Below are positions 60,656-64,000 of a DNA stretch of 64,000 bases, piece by piece; the first letter of the stretch is position 1, and the number at the start of each line of letters is the position of its first letter. The notes beneath the pieces were generated by a model. That model searched no databases. It saw only the letters and a list, made by a program, of their open reading frames with translations, and was not told the origin of the DNA. The position numbers were made by a program, and so were the translations under genes. The DNA comes from Schizochytrium sp. TIO01 (Eukaryota; Protista; Bigyra: Labyrinthulomycetes). Where the stretch lies: the NCBI GenBank assembly GCA_004764695.1, contig SMSO01000031.1, forward strand, positions 9,282,761 through 9,346,760. The letters are read 5' to 3'.

Positions 60656-61184
60656 TGTAAGTCGAAACGGCCAGGCGTCTAAAGACGCAATAGCTGTTGC
60701 TCCCCGCTCGCTCCGCTATCAGGAGGCTTGTGCTCTGTTGCAAGTTTGCAAAGTGATATGACTACTCCATACATATACTTCTAACTAGGTACTATGGGTG
60801 CTTACTAGAAGTATTACCTAGCAGCAGTCCACAGTTTGCTCAAAATAGCGTCGTCGACTAGCACCCCGGGCGCACCTACTGGGAGGTGGCTTTTCCTCAA
60901 TGACGCACGAATATCCAAGAACTCAACCAACCAGAGTACTTTCATGAGATATCTCACTGCGAGGTGACCCATAGTACTGTGTGGTTTCTACTCCGCGTCA
61001 GACACATGCTTAAATCTTTTCAAAACATGAAGTAATTGCTACCTTCTACTGGTAGTAAATGTCAATTTTGAGTTCTACTGCCAGTGTACCTCTGAAAATG
61101 TTAGAGCTGCTGATAAATTATAATTATTTAGGTCTTTCAGTTGTTTTAATTTAAAAAGAATTGGAGCCTAGGTAAGAAAATGGA

Positions 61185-61528
61185 ATGGCTAAGGAACCAA
61201 CAAGCTCCAAACACTGCAAGTAAAGGAAACCTTCAATACAAGCCAGCAAAGTACTTCACCCAAAAGTTTGGTGTCTCAGGAGGCACCCTTCGGGTACTTC
61301 CCTGGAGGCAATTGGATATACACACGTGACAACATTGAGCGCACTTTGGCTGCGGTTTGCGAGTAACGCGGCCATCACCTACGCCATAGTGTCCTCTGTC
61401 AAATAAAAAGAGGATTTCAAACGCCAGGTTGGTGATCTTCAGCGTGCCTACCCAGACGCCTCCGCAATTTCAAAGACAGTGGTAGCGGGGTCAACTTCAA
61501 GAAGCCAGGCTTTCCCGCCCTACTGGAC
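61185..61528 (+). pseudogene. tnpA: Decayed IS607-family serine recombinase TnpA
   Basis: Reads YKPAKYFTQKFGVSGGTLR / FPGGNWIYTRDNIER / AITYAIVSSVK*KEDFKRQVGDLQRAYPDA / FKDSGSGVNFKKPGFPALLD. Confidence 0.88.
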
Positions 61529-61535
61529 TACCGGT

Positions 61536-61851
61536 ATGCACTGCAAGCTTGCACTTTGGCTCTGTGGAAGCTACAGTGTTATCCTTTTGTCTAAATTTGA
61601 AGCCTCAACAAGGTAACAAGACGGATAAAATCAGGACAGCCCGAATGGTGTATCGTTAGCTTCCGACAAGCGCTCACTCACATAGCCGAGTCTTCCCCTA
61701 CCAGTGGTCTAAACTGTTGCACTTTAAAACCATGCAATGAATGTGGTAACATCCACGACAAGTTATGAACATCCAAGGTTTTCAAATACCCAAATGCAAA
61801 CACGTAGCTGATTGTGATATTCACGCTGCCAGAGGCATCTTTTTACGCTAG
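61536..61851 (+). pseudogene. Decayed TnpB/Fanzor2 C-terminal fragment
   Basis: Reads MHCKLALWLCGSYSVILLSKFEAS / SFRQALTHIAE / KPCNECGNIHDKL*TSKVFKY / KCKHVADCDIHAARGIFLR*. This is a decayed CxxC...CxxC finger plus a DRDxxAAxxI-type RuvC-III motif. Confidence 0.87.
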
Positions 61852-61980
61852 ACATGAATTAATTACAAATTGTCTTTGAGACACGGGTCAGTTTTTAACT
61901 CGCGTCCGCGATTGGGCCTTGACCCCACGTCACCATAGAAAATGCACCTTTTGCAAATTTTATGGGCCAATCTCTAAGTG
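61852..61980 (+). ncRNA. Candidate omega (right-end) RNA scaffold of copy 2
   Basis: Conserved with 31-149, with an imperfect stem at 61880-61906. Clear homology stops after CTAAGTG at 61980. Confidence 0.5.
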
Positions 61981-62032
61981 ATGAAATGCAATGATGTGTA
62001 CGTCGACTTTGGGTATCAGTCTATGCCGATGC

Positions 62033-62470
62033 TGAGATATCCAGTTGATTGAAAGGACTAGTGGACAAGATATTGCTAGAGATCTAGGCGTTCCATTGCA
62101 AGACCTCATGGATTTAGGACCTTTATAGGCATAGAACTAGACAACCAGACTTGGGTGATTGAGAAGCCATGAGCCGAAAGCGTGCATACATATTAAGTAT
62201 GGTACAACTTTTATTAAATGGTTGAATAGGTTGAATTAACCTAACTTCGTCATCTCTATCTAACACAGGTCAAGCATATCTTAGCCCAAATGAATCGATC
62301 TGTCTTGGAATTTATTTCACAAGGACAGCAGTTCGCTAACTCTCAAAATCAATCTCTTAATGCCTTTAGTCGAGACTCCTGCCTTCTCTTCATAGTCAAC
62401 CACCAGCTGATCAAATTCATCCTTCAGCAGCCGATGAAGCAAGAAAACTGCATAGGACTGTTTTTCTACT
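62033..62470 (-). pseudogene. Decayed dispersed coding repeat, copy C
   Basis: The reverse complement matches copies A and B. It reads LHRLLKDEFDQLVVDYEEK, versus QLEVDYENE in copy A. Confidence 0.5.
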
Positions 62471-63964
62471 CGTTCTTAAATTGTTAAGTTACCGTGTTAC
62501 CATGGATCCCATGTTTCCGTAATTACACCCAGCCATGGTACGCTGATATGCTTTTGATTAGATTATCTAATGGGGTTTTCCCAGGAGAACGATAGTAAAT
62601 TGGACGTGAATGTTGGAAGCCAGGCTGGTCAGAATGATAGGTATCTGTAACTTCTTCCACCTTTTTCCAGACCTTGATAGCCTGCTCGCTTTTGATATTT
62701 ATTATTTTTATTATTTTTTTGAAAAAGAACTTGGTAGACTATTATTGTCTTAACTGGCATAAGGAATGGTAGGGTATGATATTTTCGTATGGATCTCATG
62801 CATCACGAATAGGTCTCCCAAATATATTGAGCTTTCTATGCGCGCAAAGTAAGGTGTCTGCAACACCCAGTGCCGAAGACAATAAAGGGCGCCAACAAAT
62901 GCATTCATATTGATCTTGAAGAAAAGAAAAAGAAAAAGAAAGAAAGGAAGAATAGAGGCTGAGGCTTTCTCAGGGTCCTGATCATTTCCTTTCATGAGGT
63001 AATCAAGTTGTATTTTTTAGGACCACGGAAAGTCTATAGCCCATGGAGAACTCTACTCCCTATTCTCGCGAGAAATTTGAAATGAAAATTAAGAAACGTA
63101 GAAAACGTAGAGATAAGCACCTAGCTTTGTTGGTTCTGGTTTCGCCATCGCTTTGAAGTAGTCAAAGACGACTCTAGCTAATTGTTTTACTTGGCAAAGA
63201 CTTAGGCAAGTGGGAACATCTTGTTTTGCCTGGTCTTAACGGGAATAAAGGCTTTAATTCTTCCCTGGGGCTGTGCGAGAATCAAATTTTGAGTGAGAGT
63301 TAAAGAGATAGTGTTATTCCTGTAATGTTGGTTCTAAAACGTTGAACGAGAGAAATAACGTGAAGTGAGCACAGGTTGACGGCACCAACAAGCTAAGACA
63401 AAAGAAGTACAAAAGGTCACGACTTAGTGCTTCAGTGCACTGGGATCCTCTTCCCTGATGTGCCCCAGTCTGCCGAATCCCTTTGGTGCATCCATTCGTC
63501 TATGTTGAACAGTATTTGCTCAGTCTCAGAAGCGAGCATTAAAGTGAAAAGTTATGAAACACTTGACATCAGCAGATGTTTTCACCATTCTTTCAAGCCG
63601 TATAGGTAGTTAGTTACCTACTTCTAAAGATCAATTGAAAAGACTTTGGCGTTGGCACTGATACTCGAAGTCCTTGTTCTTTCAATATTATATAAAAGAA
63701 ACAAGCAGGCTCTCATTAATTAGATTGAGGTAATGGCGGTAGTTAGATTCCCAGTTTTCTTCCATTCGGCCCTCCATTCTTACTCCCTCTCTCTAACTGG
63801 TGAAGTAGAACAAACTCCGTGTCGCTGGGGAGAATAGCTTGAATGCGACCAACTAATAAAGGATTCATGTCGCCGCCCTACCAACTACGGTAGAGTTGAA
63901 GGTCAGGAAAGCAAGCATCATGCTAGTAGAGTCTTTGAAGAAAAAAAAAGAAGTCAAATAAAAT

Positions 63965-64000
63965 ATACATACATACATACATACATACATACATACATAC
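63965..64000. repeat. (ATAC)n microsatellite
   Basis: Tandem ATAC running to the window end. Confidence 0.9.

Larger units (their letters stand above)
61110..61980 (+). mobile_element. Non-autonomous IS607-type (TnpA + TnpB/Fanzor2) element, copy 2
   Basis: Collinear inverted homolog of 31-895 with the same internal junctions. The left boundary is approximate. Confidence 0.88.

Noticed and set aside
31-61980. The two inverted IS607 copies as ends of a 62-kb composite transposon
   Set aside because: The copies are substantially diverged, the enclosed genes are ordinary host genes, and no target-site evidence is visible. Independent insertions are more parsimonious.
1-64000. CRISPR array, tRNA, rRNA or spliceosomal snRNA genes
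   Set aside because: I saw no regularly spaced repeats or diagnostic motifs by eye. tRNAscan-SE and Infernal would be needed to exclude them formally.

Overview
This is eukaryotic nuclear DNA: mostly intronless genes separated by long AT-rich spacers with microsatellites. The style and gene content suggest a stramenopile, possibly a labyrinthulomycete/thraustochytrid (inference only). It holds about 12 plausible genes: ARMC6; an ankyrin protein with an F-box-like tail; a DNAJC7-like TPR/J protein; an LRR protein; a ~3,250-aa secreted FG-GAP/Calx-beta/YHYH protein split by a 1-nt frameshift; an acidic protein with six helical repeats; a LigB/DODA dioxygenase; a mucin-like membrane protein; a RING protein; a small protein carrying the ARMC6 N-terminal module; a receiver+PAS response regulator; and a two-exon KDSR. 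The most notable signal is missed by the ORF track. Two diverged ~0.85-kb copies (31-~895 minus; ~61110-61980 plus) of an IS607-type element each contain a decayed serine-recombinase TnpA joined to the C-terminal part of a TnpB/Fanzor2-type nuclease, followed by a conserved hairpin-forming right end (candidate omega RNA). The copies share the same internal deletions, which points to a non-autonomous IS607-Fanzor family. A second dispersed family of decayed, possibly LRR-like coding sequence is also present.
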